From assembly GCA_958295525.1 (NCBI GenBank), contig OY282355.1, positions 1,915,931-1,979,930 of the forward strand: a stretch of DNA of 64,000 bases. The letters run 5' to 3'. The notes beneath the pieces were generated by a model that made no database searches, had not been told where the DNA came from, and saw only the letters and a program-made list of their open reading frames with translations. The stretch comes from an uncultured Dehalococcoidia bacterium. GTDB taxonomy: Bacteria; Chloroflexota; Dehalococcoidia; Lucifugimonadales; Australimonadaceae. The position numbers were made by a program, and so were the translations under genes. Shown here piece by piece: positions 46,320 to 56,139 of this stretch (positions are counted from its first letter, which is position 1; every line of letters starts with the position of its first letter).

Positions 46320-46557
46320 CGTCGTTGCCTCCTTATGCTCAACCGGAAAGGGCGGAATCCTGCGCTCCGCGCCTGCCATTACAACGCCTAAGCCGGTGGC
46401 CAGGAGTTGCGGTGGAGCGTCTGATCGCACACCACCGCAAGCCCGAGGACCCGGTGTCCGAGAAGTCGCAGCGTCCACTCTACCGCGCCAACTCGTGGAA
46501 GGTCAAAGTGTCCGCCGCATCCCCTACCCCCCAGCCCAATGCTGATAGCATGAGACT

Positions 46558-48459
46558 ATGGTTGCAGCGCCGCCGGACGCCCCCGGTCTCCTCACCCTCG
46601 AACTGACCGCCCTCGGCAGGCAGGGCGAGGCGCTCGCCGAAACCGGCGACGGGAAGCCCGTCTTCGTTTTCGGCGGCGTCCCCGGCGAGACCGTGACGGC
46701 GGAGATCGTCGCCGAGCGCAGGGGCTACGCCGCCGCCCGCGTCGTCGAAACGCTGACCGCATCGCCCCACCGCGTCGAGCCCGAGTGCCGCTACTTCGGC
46801 GCGTGCACCGGCTGCCAGTGGCAGCATATCGCCTACGAGCGCCAGTTGGAGATGAAGCGCGAACTGCTGGCCGACGCCTTCCGCCGCGTCGGCGCCCTCG
46901 ACGTCGAGCCGCTGCCCACGCTGCCCAGCCCCGACCGGCTCGGCTACCGCAACCACGCGCGCTTCACCGTCAGCAAGGAGGGCGGCAGGCTGGGCTACGT
47001 CCACAAGGAGCGGCGGCGGCACGTGGAGGTGGACGAGTGCCTGCTGATGGCTCCATGGATCAACGAGGCGCTCGCCGCGCTGCAAGGCCGCGCCGCCGAG
47101 ACGACGCAACTATCGCTCCGCTACGGCGTGAACACCGGCGACTACCTCCTCCAGCCCACGCTCCAAAACCCCGAAATCCCGCTCGCGTCCGGCCAGAAGC
47201 ATTACGAGGAGGAGTTGCTGGGGCGCCGCTTCCGCGTAAGTTCCCCGTCGTTCTTTCAAGTGAACACGCGGCAGGCCGAGCGCATGGCCGAACTCGCGAT
47301 GGAGCAACTGGGGCTCGACGGCTCGCAGACCGTGGTGGACGCCTACGCGGGCGTCGCCGTGTTCGCCGTGCTCATGGCCGGGCGCGCCAAGCGCGTGATC
47401 GCGGTCGAAGAGTCCGCGGCGGCGCTCGCGGACGCCCGCGTGAACGTCGAGGGCGTTCCGAACGTGGAGTTGCGGCAAGCGCGCACGGAGGACGCCCTGC
47501 TGGAACTCGCCTCCGCCGGAGCGGACGCCGTGCTGCTGGATCCGCCCCGCGCCGGATGTATGCCAGGCGCGCTCGACGCCTTGCTGGACGCGCCCCCGCC
47601 CCGCGTCGTCTACGTCTCGTGCGACCCGGAGACGCTTGCGCGAGACCTCGCGGTTCTCACGGCGGGTCCCTTCCGCATCGAGCAGGCGCAGCCCGTTGAT
47701 ATGTTTCCGCAAACCCACCACGTGGAAGCCGTCGTAACGCTCGTCCGCGACGACGAGCGGCTGGCCCGGCTGCGGGCGCGGGAGGAGGTCGTCCTCGCGT
47801 CCGTCTCGCCGCGCCGCGCCGCGATTCTGCGCCGCTTGGGCGTCGCGTTCGAGACGGCCGATCCCGGGTTCGCCGAGGCGGAGGCGGACGCAAGCGCAGG
47901 CGCCGCCGACGCCGCCGACCTCGCGCAGTTGCGCGCGCTCGCCAAAGCGGAGGCCGTCGCCTCGCGTCGCGGCTCAGGAACGGTAATTGGAGCGGACACG
48001 GTCGTCGAGTTGGACGGCGCGCCGCTCGGCAAGCCGCGGGACGCCGCCGACGCGGCGCGGATGCTGCGCGCGCTGCGGGGGCGCGAGCACCGCGTCGTCA
48101 CCGCCGTCGCGTTCGTGGACGCGGCGACGGGCGAGTCGGCGGTCGGGCATCGCGCCTCCCGCGTGCTGATGCGCGCCTACGGCGACGGCGAAATCGCGGC
48201 CTACGCCGCGTCGGGCGCGCCGATGGACAAAGCAGGCGCCTACGGCGTTCAGGACGCGGCGTTCGCTCCGGCGGCGGAGGTTCGCGGCTGCTATCTCAAC
48301 GTCGTGGGCTTGCCCCCGTGCGAAACGCTGCAACTGGCGGAGCGGTTCGGCCTGCGGCTGCGTCCCAAGCCGGAACCGCCCTGGCCGGAGTTGGAAAGTT
48401 GCCCCGCCTGCGCGAAACGCGCGCTTCCTCCAACCCTGAGCGGACACGGCAAGCGATGA
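46558..48459 (+). CDS. fusion of 23S rRNA (uracil-5)-methyltransferase RlmD/RumA-like and Maf-like nucleotide pyrophosphatase
   Basis: A single 633-aa ORF. The N-terminal ~400 aa have TRAM, the CRYFGACTGCQWQH Fe-S cysteines, the SAM fold (DAYAGVAVF, LLDPPRAG) and a C-terminal DMFPQTHHVE. The C-terminal ~220 aa have VLASVSPRRAAIL, GADTVV, GKP and AGAYGVQD (Maf). Confidence 0.85.
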   Translation: MVAAPPDAPGLLTLELTALGRQGEALAETGDGKPVFVFGGVPGETVTAEIVAERRGYAAARVVETLTASPHRVEPECRYFGACTGCQWQHIAYERQLEMKRELLADAFRRVGALDVEPLPTLPSPDRLGYRNHARFTVSKEGGRLGYVHKERRRHVEVDECLLMAPWINEALAALQGRAAETTQLSLRYGVNTGDYLLQPTLQNPEIPLASGQKHYEEELLGRRFRVSSPSFFQVNTRQAERMAELAMEQLGLDGSQTVVDAYAGVAVFAVLMAGRAKRVIAVEESAAALADARVNVEGVPNVELRQARTEDALLELASAGADAVLLDPPRAGCMPGALDALLDAPPPRVVYVSCDPETLARDLAVLTAGPFRIEQAQPVDMFPQTHHVEAVVTLVRDDERLARLRAREEVVLASVSPRRAAILRRLGVAFETADPGFAEAEADASAGAADAADLAQLRALAKAEAVASRRGSGTVIGADTVVELDGAPLGKPRDAADAARMLRALRGREHRVVTAVAFVDAATGESAVGHRASRVLMRAYGDGEIAAYAASGAPMDKAGAYGVQDAAFAPAAEVRGCYLNVVGLPPCETLQLAERFGLRLRPKPEPPWPELESCPACAKRALPPTLSGHGKR

Positions 48460-48767
48460 ACATCTTCGGCGTCGGCAATCTGGAACTGCTCTGGATTCTG
48501 CTGCTCGCGCTCGTCTTGCTGGGGCCGGGGCGGCTCGTGGACGCGGCGCGGACGGCGGGGAAGTTCTGGCGCGAGGCGCAGCACACTATCCGCTCCGTCG
48601 CGGACGCGGCCTCGATCAACCTCGACGCGCCGCCTCCGAAAATCGTTCCGCGCGAGCCGCTGCCCGCGCCCGACGACGCCATCGCGCGAGGCGAGGCGAA
48701 CGCCGCCGGCGGCGAGTCCGAACCGAACGCGGAGGACGACGGCGCGGCGCGGCGGGAGGCGTCGTAG
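48456..48767 (+). CDS. tatB: Tat translocase TatA/TatB-family protein (TatB-like by length and position)
   Basis: MNIFGVGNLELLWILLLALVLLGPGRL. The ATG overlaps the stop of the upstream fusion gene (ATGA), and the gene immediately precedes tatC. Confidence 0.75.
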   Translation: MNIFGVGNLELLWILLLALVLLGPGRLVDAARTAGKFWREAQHTIRSVADAASINLDAPPPKIVPREPLPAPDDAIARGEANAAGGESEPNAEDDGAARREAS

Positions 48768-48770
48768 GCG

Positions 48771-49619
48771 ATGGCCGAGCGCGAGATGACGCTCCGCGAT
48801 CACCTCGAGGAGTTGCGGCGGCGGCTCTTCATCGTGCTCATATTCATCGTTCTGGCGACGGCGGCGGCGTTCTTCTTCCGCGCCCGCATATTCGACTTCC
48901 TCCTCGCGCCCGGCTTCGACGAACTCGACGAGATGCCCATAGCCACCGAGGTGCTGGAGACGGTCGGCGTGACGTTCAAAGTGACGCTGATGGTCGCGTT
49001 CGCCGTGTCGCTTCCCGTCGCGCTCTACCAGGCGATTATGTTCGCGTCGCCCGGCCTCACGCGGCGCGAGCGGCTCTACGCCTTCCTCTTCCTGCCCGCC
49101 GTGCTCGCCGCGTTCGGCGCGGGAGTCGCCTTCGGCTACTACGTGCTCTTCCCGCCCGCCTTCTCGTTCCTCTTCAACTTCGCCGCCGAAACCGTGAATC
49201 CGGAGATACGCATATCCAGTTACGTCAACGTCATTACGTCGCTGATGTTTTGGATGGGCGTCGTCTTTCAGATTCCCGTCGCGCTGTTCGCGCTGGGGCG
49301 CTTGGGCGTCGTAAGCCCGCGATGGCTCGCCCGCAGATGGCGCTACGCCGTGCTGCTCGCGTTCATCCTCGCCGCCGTCATCACGCCGACGTTCGACCCG
49401 GTGAATCAGACGCTCGTCGCCGCGCCGATCATCGTGCTGTACCTGTTCGGCATCTTGCTGGCGCGTCTGGGCGAACGGCTGCGGCGCGGAGCGCAAGCCA
49501 AGCGCGAGCCCGGCCCGGGGAGGCTGCGCCGCGCCTGCCGGAAACTCGCATTCTGGCGGCGATGCCCGCTCCACCGGAAACTCGCGTTTTGGCGGAGGTT
49601 CAGACGCAGAGAAAACTAG
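48771..49619 (+). CDS. tatC: Tat translocase subunit TatC
   Basis: MTLRDHLEELRRRL, six TM segments, and the PTFDPVNQ block. Confidence 0.9.
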   Translation: MAEREMTLRDHLEELRRRLFIVLIFIVLATAAAFFFRARIFDFLLAPGFDELDEMPIATEVLETVGVTFKVTLMVAFAVSLPVALYQAIMFASPGLTRRERLYAFLFLPAVLAAFGAGVAFGYYVLFPPAFSFLFNFAAETVNPEIRISSYVNVITSLMFWMGVVFQIPVALFALGRLGVVSPRWLARRWRYAVLLAFILAAVITPTFDPVNQTLVAAPIIVLYLFGILLARLGERLRRGAQAKREPGPGRLRRACRKLAFWRRCPLHRKLAFWRRFRRREN

Positions 49620-49692
49620 GCGGCCTCACCGACCGCCGATTCCGCCGCGCCTGCGCTCACCCGCGCGGCTTCCCTTCGCGGAGGCGGAGGGG

Positions 49693-49914
49693 TCAACTTT
49701 TGGCGGAGGGCGCCTCTTCGGGCTTCTCTTGGGCGGCGGAATCGGCGGCGGGCTTGTCGCCCACGCTCTCCTTCACGTCGCTGACGGAGCCCTTGAATTC
49801 GCGGATGCCCTTGCCGAGCGCGCGCCCGATCTCCGGCACGCGGCTCGCCCCGAAGATGACGAGCACGATGACGAGAATGATCGTGAGTTCCGGCCAGCCT
49901 AGTCCGAACGGCAT
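49693..49914 (-). CDS. tatA: Tat translocase subunit TatA
   Basis: ATG at 49914 with AAGGAG upstream. MPFGLGWPELTIILVIVLVIFGASRVPEIGRALGKGIREFK. Confidence 0.9.
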   Translation of the reverse strand: MPFGLGWPELTIILVIVLVIFGASRVPEIGRALGKGIREFKGSVSDVKESVGDKPAADSAAQEKPEEAPSAKS

Positions 49915-50088
49915 CGAGGCGCTCCTTCCGGCTCGGCGCTGCGAGCGGATCCAGTATAGCACGGAGCGCGCGCTCAGTCCCCGCCCTGCGCTTTTACGCC
50001 TTCTCCACGCCCAGAGCAGCGGCGGTTTCCCGATGGCTTGATTTTTACGGACGTCTGCGCCTGAACGCAGGCGGGCGCGGGGAGCGCC

Positions 50089-51327
50089 TTACGCCGCCGG
50101 GGCCGCGGCAGGGCGGGGGCGCTTCACGAGCGTTTCGCGCGCGCCGAAAAGCAGCAGCGCCGCCGCGAGCAGCAAGACCGGGGCGTAGACGAAGAACGCG
50201 AGCCCCGCGCCGTAGGTCACGGCGAGGACGCCCCCGAGCAGCGGCCCGCCTATCGCGCCGACTTCGGCGAACGTCCGCCGCGCCGCCTGCAAGCGCGCCC
50301 GGGCCGCGTCGGGCACGACGTCGTAGGTGGACGTGGCCACCGATCCCAGCGACAGTCCGTTCGAGAAGCCCATCAGCACGGCTATCGCCGCGAGCGGCGC
50401 GAAACCGCCCGTCATTGGAATCAGCAGGAACGCGATGCCCGGGATCGCCGTGCTCGGCACCGTCGCCCACTTCCGCCCGACCTTGTCCACGACGAACCCC
50501 GCCGGAAGGATCATCACGAGCGAGCCCACCGTCATTACGGAGAACAGAACGCCTATTTCCCGCGACGACATGCCGATATCGTCCGCGTAGACCGGCAGGA
50601 TGCCCTGGTACGCCATTCGGTAGAGCATCATCGCCATCGTGGCGAACACGAGCGTGAGGTAGGTCGTCCGCAGAGCGGGGTCGATCTGCAGGAAGAGTCC
50701 CTTCAGCCGGACATACCAATTGCCGGGCGGCGGATCGTCGGACGCGCTCCGGCGCGGACTTGGCGCGCTCGACCCCTGCGTGTTGGGAATGAAAAGCCCC
50801 AGCAGGAAAACCGAGACGGCCAGCCCCGTGTAGATGACGAACACGGGACGGAAGCCGATCTCGTCGCCGAGGAATCCGCCCGTGAGCGCGCCGATTCCCA
50901 TTCCGACGGAGTTGAACCCCATAAACCCGCTCATCAGCCTGCCGCGCTGCTCCGGCTTCACAAGATCGACGCCCGCGACCTCGCGCCCCAGCATCCAGCC
51001 GCTGTCGGCGGCTCCGGCGATGAACAAGGCGACGAGCAGCGGCCACAGCCACGGCGTTACGACGCCCGCGAACACAGCCAGCGCGATGACCACCGGGCCG
51101 AACGTCACCGTCAAGCGCGTGCCGAAACGGTCGATCAGCACGCCGCCCAGCGGCTGCCCGACGAGTCGCCCGGCCGCGAACGCCGTCACCGTCTGGGCCG
51201 CGATGCCTCCCTCGACGGCGAACTCGCCCGCGATGAGCGGAATGACGGGGAACAGCATGCCATGCCCGACGCCCATCAGAATGGTCGTCAGGTACAGCAT
51301 CGTCAGCCCGCGCGCTATCCGCCCCAT
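50089..51327 (-). CDS. MFS transporter
   Basis: Twelve hydrophobic segments and a GRLVGQPLGGVLIDRFGTR-type loop motif. ATG at 51327 with GGAGG upstream. Confidence 0.85.
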   Translation of the reverse strand: MGRIARGLTMLYLTTILMGVGHGMLFPVIPLIAGEFAVEGGIAAQTVTAFAAGRLVGQPLGGVLIDRFGTRLTVTFGPVVIALAVFAGVVTPWLWPLLVALFIAGAADSGWMLGREVAGVDLVKPEQRGRLMSGFMGFNSVGMGIGALTGGFLGDEIGFRPVFVIYTGLAVSVFLLGLFIPNTQGSSAPSPRRSASDDPPPGNWYVRLKGLFLQIDPALRTTYLTLVFATMAMMLYRMAYQGILPVYADDIGMSSREIGVLFSVMTVGSLVMILPAGFVVDKVGRKWATVPSTAIPGIAFLLIPMTGGFAPLAAIAVLMGFSNGLSLGSVATSTYDVVPDAARARLQAARRTFAEVGAIGGPLLGGVLAVTYGAGLAFFVYAPVLLLAAALLLFGARETLVKRPRPAAAPAA

Positions 51328-51529
51328 CGAAACCTCCGCTCCGCCGCCGGAGCCTCGCTCCACTATACGCCGACGCCCGCTACGCCGCGGAGCGCGCGAC
51401 ACGCGAAGAGGGGGCGTGTAACTCCCCTCCGCCCTTCCGTGCAACGCCGTGCGCGCCTCTTTACCTTTCGCCGTCGGCGCGCTATCCTATCGGCTTGACC
51501 CGGCGCACCGCCCCTGAAGGAGGCTCCCT

Positions 51530-51988
51530 ATGGTTGACGTTGGCCAGCCCGCTCCCGACTTCGCGCTCAAGAGCCACGAAGGCGAGGACTTCTCCCTTGC
51601 CGGCGCGAGAGGCTCCTGGGTGATTCTGCATACCTTCCCCGCCGCCTTCACCGGAGGGTGAACGACGCAGACCTCCTCCTTCAACCGTGCGTTGAAGACG
51701 TTCGAAGACAAGAACGCCCAGTTGATCGGCCTCAGCGCCGACTCCCGCCCCTCGCTGCGGGCGTGGGCAGCCAATATGGGCGGCCTCAGGCACCCCCTCC
51801 TCTCCGACTTCTGGCCCCACGGCGCCGTCGCCGAAGCCTACGGCATCCTCAACCCCAACTCCGGGATGTGCGCCCGCTCCCTCTTCATCATCGACCCGGA
51901 CGGCCTCGTCCGCTACAAGGAACTCTACCAGGGCGCGCTGCCCGACCCGGACGTCATTCTCGGCGAACTGGCGCGGCTGCAGGGCTAG
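51530..51988 (+). CDS. AhpE-like 1-Cys peroxiredoxin with in-frame UGA (probable selenocysteine) at codon 44
   Basis: ATG at 51530 with GAAGGAGG 6 nt upstream. FPAAFTGG-TGA(51659-51661)-TTQ continues in the same frame into track ORF 51692..51988. PLLSDFWPHGAVAEAYGI closely matches the mycobacterial AhpE pattern. Confidence 0.75.
51679..51697 (+). promoter_or_regulatory. SECIS-like hairpin downstream of the in-frame UGA
   Basis: CTTCAAC-CGTGC-GTTGAAG: a perfect 7-bp stem with a 5-nt loop containing GU, starting 17 nt after the UGA. Confidence 0.45.
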
Positions 51989-52075
51989 CGCGGCTGCGTC
52001 GCGGAGGGCGGGGCGCGGGGCATTTCGCTCCGCCCTCCGCGTCCGGCCCAGCGCTGCGGCGCCGCAACGGCGACG

Positions 52076-52906
52076 ATGACCGCTTACAACGACGAAGCAA
52101 CCCTCAGGCGCGCCCCGTTCGCCGAAGGCGACGCCGTCCTCGTCTACGACCGGCGCAAACGCCGCTACCGCGTCGAACTGCGCGGCGGCGCGCTGCTGGA
52201 GACGCACCTCGGCTACGCCCCCCACGACGCGATCATCGGGCGGCGCGAGGGCTTCTTCCTCCGCACGAACAAAGGCCATCTCCTCTTCGTCATCCGCCCG
52301 CCGTTCGCCGACGCCGTGCGCGAACTTCCGCGCCAGAGCCAGGTCATCTACCCGAAAGACCTCGCCGCCCTCCTGATGCGCGCCGACATCCACCCCGGCG
52401 CGCGCGTAATCGAGATCGGCCTCGGGTCGGGGGCGGCGTCCGCCGCCCTGCTCCGCGCAGTCGGGCCGACCGGCGACTTGGTGACGCACGAGATGCGGGA
52501 GGAGATCGTCGCGCCCGCGCGGGCGAACGTCGCCAGCCTCGCGCCGAACGCGGCCAACCACCGCGTCGTCATCGGCGACGCCTACGAAAGCGGGCTCGGC
52601 GCGGACGAGGCCGACCGCGTCGTCGCCGACGTCCCTGAGCCGTGGCGTCTGCTCGAATCGGCGGCGGACGTCCTGCGGACGGGCGGCGTGTTCGCGGCTT
52701 ATCTGCCCACCGTGCTGCAAACGCACGAACTGATGATGCGCCTCGCGCGCGACGACCGCTGGCATTTCGCCGAGGTCGTCGAACTGCTGGAGCGCGCCTG
52801 GGCGTTCTCCGAAACGAGCGCCCGCCCGGACCACCGGATGATCGGCCACACGGGGTTCATCGCGACCGTCCGCCGCTGCGAGCCTCCTCCTCCGTCGCCT
52901 CAGTAG
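52076..52906 (+). CDS. trmI: tRNA (adenine58-N1)-methyltransferase (TrmI/Gcd14 family)
   Basis: QVIYPKD, EIGLGSGAAS, PEPW, RPDHRMIGHTGF blocks. Confidence 0.85.
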   Translation: MTAYNDEATLRRAPFAEGDAVLVYDRRKRRYRVELRGGALLETHLGYAPHDAIIGRREGFFLRTNKGHLLFVIRPPFADAVRELPRQSQVIYPKDLAALLMRADIHPGARVIEIGLGSGAASAALLRAVGPTGDLVTHEMREEIVAPARANVASLAPNAANHRVVIGDAYESGLGADEADRVVADVPEPWRLLESAADVLRTGGVFAAYLPTVLQTHELMMRLARDDRWHFAEVVELLERAWAFSETSARPDHRMIGHTGFIATVRRCEPPPPSPQ

Positions 52907-52954
52907 AGGGATTCATGGATTTCCGCATGCACGGGCAGGGCGGGGCAAGGGGGC

Positions 52955-52981
52955 GAGGTTCCCGCCTACGCGGGAACGACG
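52955..52981 (+). repeat. REP-like palindromic element (variant stem GTTCCCGC/GCGGGAAC)
   Basis: GAGGTTCCCGCCTACGCGGGAACGACG. The two substitutions are compensatory and preserve the stem. Confidence 0.75.
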
Positions 52982-53014
52982 GCAAGAGGGGCGCGGGCAG
53001 GGCGGGCGGGGCCG

Positions 53015-53977
53015 CTAGCCTCTGCTCCGCTGGCTCTCGGCCACTGAGCGGACGAGCGCCTCAGCGTTCTCCCGCGACTGCGCCATAGCAGCGTAGACCG
53101 TCCGCCCGTAGCGCGTGAGCATAACGTGCAGCCCGCGCTCTTCGAACGTTCGGTGGTAGGCCTCCTGCCCGTCCACGTCCGCCCGCTCGAGCCCTGCGCG
53201 GGATGCGAGCGTTCCGAAGAACAGGCGCAGCACGACCCCGGGGTAGCCGGATTCAGCGACCGCGAGCACGCCTATGTCCGCGTCGCGGAGGAAGTCGGCG
53301 CCCCGGTTGTAGGGCAGCGTGGCCATCTCTCCGTAGACGGCGAAGGCGGCGAGGTCCACGCGCGCGAACCCGAGCGCGGAGCCGATGCTTCCGGCGCTCA
53401 ATCCCGCCTCGCGCAGCATGCGCTCCGTCAGGTCGCTCCGGTTCCGCACGAAACCGAACGCGAGCGGCGGCGCCGGCGGATCGTCCGGCAGCAGGCTCCA
53501 GCCGCGCCATACGGCGGGCTCGCGCTCTTGCCACGAGACGCGGGTATTCCGCGCCCAGGCCGTCCGGATCGTCACCCCCCATTCTGCATTCCATCCGAGC
53601 ACGGACAGGTTCGCTCCGTCCCGTCCCTTCCAGCCGCCGAAGTCAACCTGATCGATCGCCGCCGCCGCGTCGTCCGCATTCGTGAACTGCAGCCGCGCGG
53701 CGTACCTTCCGCCCGGGCCGAGCGCGACGCCCTCCGCTCCTGCGATCGGCGCGCCCGTTTCGTCCGTGAGGGAGCGCAAGGGAATGGGAGCGTCCGGCAG
53801 AAGATAGACGACCATATTGGCCTCGACGTCCGGCATGCGCCAGTCCGCGAACTTGGGCGGGAGCGGGTCGCCGCCGGGGAGCGCGCGGTCTCCCCACGTG
53901 AGCGCGGCGGCGATAACCGGCAGAAGGATAACGACCGCCAGCGCTCCCAGAATGTAATGCCTTTTCTTCATCGTCAC
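53015..53977 (-). CDS. hypothetical membrane-anchored protein
   Basis: 320 aa with an N-terminal TM segment ([18 protein letters not shown]). Its start overlaps the uvrB stop by 4 nt. No family recognised. Confidence 0.6.
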   Translation of the reverse strand: MTMKKRHYILGALAVVILLPVIAAALTWGDRALPGGDPLPPKFADWRMPDVEANMVVYLLPDAPIPLRSLTDETGAPIAGAEGVALGPGGRYAARLQFTNADDAAAAIDQVDFGGWKGRDGANLSVLGWNAEWGVTIRTAWARNTRVSWQEREPAVWRGWSLLPDDPPAPPLAFGFVRNRSDLTERMLREAGLSAGSIGSALGFARVDLAAFAVYGEMATLPYNRGADFLRDADIGVLAVAESGYPGVVLRLFFGTLASRAGLERADVDGQEAYHRTFEERGLHVMLTRYGRTVYAAMAQSRENAEALVRSVAESQRSRG

Positions 53978-56139
53978 CTCTTGCTTCGCCTGCGCCGTCC
54001 GGGTCTGCCGTAGGGCGCAGGGGCAGGTTCGTTTCCGGTGAAAGGAGCGGTCGCGGCGTCATCGGCGGCGAGGGTTCCTCTTTCGGCGACTTCCTGCGCG
54101 ACGAGGAGCCGCTTGAGATCGACCATCTCGTCGCGGAGCAGGGCCGCTTTCTCGAACTCCAATTGGCGGGCAGCCTCCCTCATTTCCGATTCCAACTGCT
54201 TGACGACGCGGGCGAGGTCGTCCTTGCTCATATCTTTGCGGACTCCATAGGCAGCGCGGGGCTCCGCGACTCTGCTGATGGACTCGGTGATGTCGCGTAT
54301 CGCCTTGCGGATGCCCTCGGGCCGGACGCCATGCGCCTCGTTGAACGCCGTTTGCAAGGCGCGGCGCCGCTCCGTCTCGTCCATCGCCCGCCGCATAGAG
54401 TCGGTGACCCGGTCCGCGTAGAGAATGACGTGGCCGTCCAAGTGGCGGGCGGCGCGGCCCATCGTCTGCACCAGCGAGGGGGCGGAGCGCAGGTAGCCCT
54501 CTTTGTCGGCGTCCAGCACGGCGACGAGGCTCACCTCCGGCAGATCGAGCCCCTCGCGCAGCAGGTTGATGCCCACCACGACGTCGTGGACGCCGAGCCG
54601 GAGGTCGCGGAGGATCTCGGTGCGCTTGAGCGTGTCCACCTCCGAATGCAGATAGTGCACCTTGACGTTCATCTCGCGCAGGTAGTCGGTCAACTCCTCG
54701 GCCATGCGCTTGGTCAGCGTGGTCACGAGCGCGCGCTCGCCTTTGGCCGTCCGGCGGCCTATCTGATCGAGCAGGTCGTCTATCTGGCCTTTCGTGGGTT
54801 TGACCTCAATCGTCGGATCGAGGAGGCCGGTTGGCCGGATGACCTGCTCGACGACCTGGGAACTTTGGGCGAGTTCGTAGGCGGCGGGCGTGGCGGAGAC
54901 GTAGACGACCTGGTTCACGCAGCGCTCGAACTCCTCGAAGTTCAGGGGGCGGTTGTCCCGCGCCGACGGCAGGCGGAACCCGAAGTCTATCAGGGAGTCT
55001 TTGCGCGACATCTCCCCGTGGAACATACCGCGCAACTGGGGAACGGCCATATGCGACTCGTCAATGATGAGCAGGTGGTCGTCGGGCAGGTAGTCCATCA
55101 GCGTCCACGGCGTGGAGCCGCGCGGGCGTCTGCCGAGCGGCTGCGAGTAGTTCTCGACGCCCGCGCAATAGCCGGTCTCGCGCAGCATCTCCAAGTCGTA
55201 GCGCGTCCGATGCTCCAGTCGCTGCGCCTCAAGCCCTTTGCCCTCTTCCTTGAGGACGGCGAGGCGCTCCGCGAGTTCCTCTTCTATCTCGACGACGCCT
55301 TCGTCCAACTTTTCGCGGGAGGTCACGAAGTGCTTGGCCGGATAGATATCGATCTGGTCGCGCTGGGCGAGCAGTTCTCCGGTCAGCGGGTCGAGTTCCA
55401 CGATGCGCTCGACGTCTTCGCCGAAGAACTCGACGCGGACGGCGACGTCCTCGTAGGCGGGCATAATTTCCAGGGTGTCGCCGCGGACGCGGAAGCGCGA
55501 GCGCGCCAGATCGTAGTCGTTGCGCTCGTACTGCATCTCGATGAGGCGGCGGGCCAGTTTTTGGCGGTTCGTCCGCTCGCCCTTCGTAATGCGCTCCACG
55601 AACGCGAAGTACTCCGAGGGCGAGCCCAAGCCGTATATGCAGGAGACGGATGCGACGACGAGCACGTCGCGCCGCGTCATCAGCGAGCGCGTGGCGGCGT
55701 GCCGGAGTTTGTCTATCTCCTCGTTGATGTCGGCTTCTTTCTCGATGTAGGTGTCGGTGGAGGGCACGTAGGCTTCGGGCTGGTAGTAGTCGTAGTAGGA
55801 GACGAAGTACTCGACGGCGTTTTCGGGGAAGAAATCGCGGAACTCTTGGGCGAGTTGCGCGGCGAGCGTCTTGTTCGGGGCGATGACGAGCGTCGGCTTT
55901 TGGACGGCCTCGACGGTTTTGGCCATCGTGTACGTCTTGCCGGAGCCGGTGACGCCCAGCAGCGTCTGGCGGCTCATTCCGTTCATCACGCCGGCCGCGA
56001 GGCGCTGAATCGCCTCCGGCTGATCGCCGCGCGGCTCGAAATCGGCGACGACGCGGAACTGCTTGCGCGGCGCGGCGGGATGCAGCGTCGGCAAGTCTCC
56101 AGCGTCCTTGCGGCGCGGCGGCGTGATGCTTCTAGGCAT
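53974..56139 (-). CDS. uvrB: excinuclease ABC subunit B
   Basis: [19 protein letters not shown], and a UVR domain ([13 protein letters not shown]) near the C-terminus. Confidence 0.95.
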   Translation of the reverse strand: MPRSITPPRRKDAGDLPTLHPAAPRKQFRVVADFEPRGDQPEAIQRLAAGVMNGMSRQTLLGVTGSGKTYTMAKTVEAVQKPTLVIAPNKTLAAQLAQEFRDFFPENAVEYFVSYYDYYQPEAYVPSTDTYIEKEADINEEIDKLRHAATRSLMTRRDVLVVASVSCIYGLGSPSEYFAFVERITKGERTNRQKLARRLIEMQYERNDYDLARSRFRVRGDTLEIMPAYEDVAVRVEFFGEDVERIVELDPLTGELLAQRDQIDIYPAKHFVTSREKLDEGVVEIEEELAERLAVLKEEGKGLEAQRLEHRTRYDLEMLRETGYCAGVENYSQPLGRRPRGSTPWTLMDYLPDDHLLIIDESHMAVPQLRGMFHGEMSRKDSLIDFGFRLPSARDNRPLNFEEFERCVNQVVYVSATPAAYELAQSSQVVEQVIRPTGLLDPTIEVKPTKGQIDDLLDQIGRRTAKGERALVTTLTKRMAEELTDYLREMNVKVHYLHSEVDTLKRTEILRDLRLGVHDVVVGINLLREGLDLPEVSLVAVLDADKEGYLRSAPSLVQTMGRAARHLDGHVILYADRVTDSMRRAMDETERRRALQTAFNEAHGVRPEGIRKAIRDITESISRVAEPRAAYGVRKDMSKDDLARVVKQLESEMREAARQLEFEKAALLRDEMVDLKRLLVAQEVAERGTLAADDAATAPFTGNEPAPAPYGRPGRRRRSKR

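Noticed and set aside
51530-51661. The peroxiredoxin could be a truncated pseudogene, or a gene starting at TTG 51692.
   Set aside because: The TGA falls exactly on the catalytic Cys column. The upstream 43 codons carry the conserved N-terminal Prx motifs and a strong SD. A start at 51692 would delete the active site. A hairpin follows the UGA. Selenocysteine recoding is therefore preferred, though unproven.
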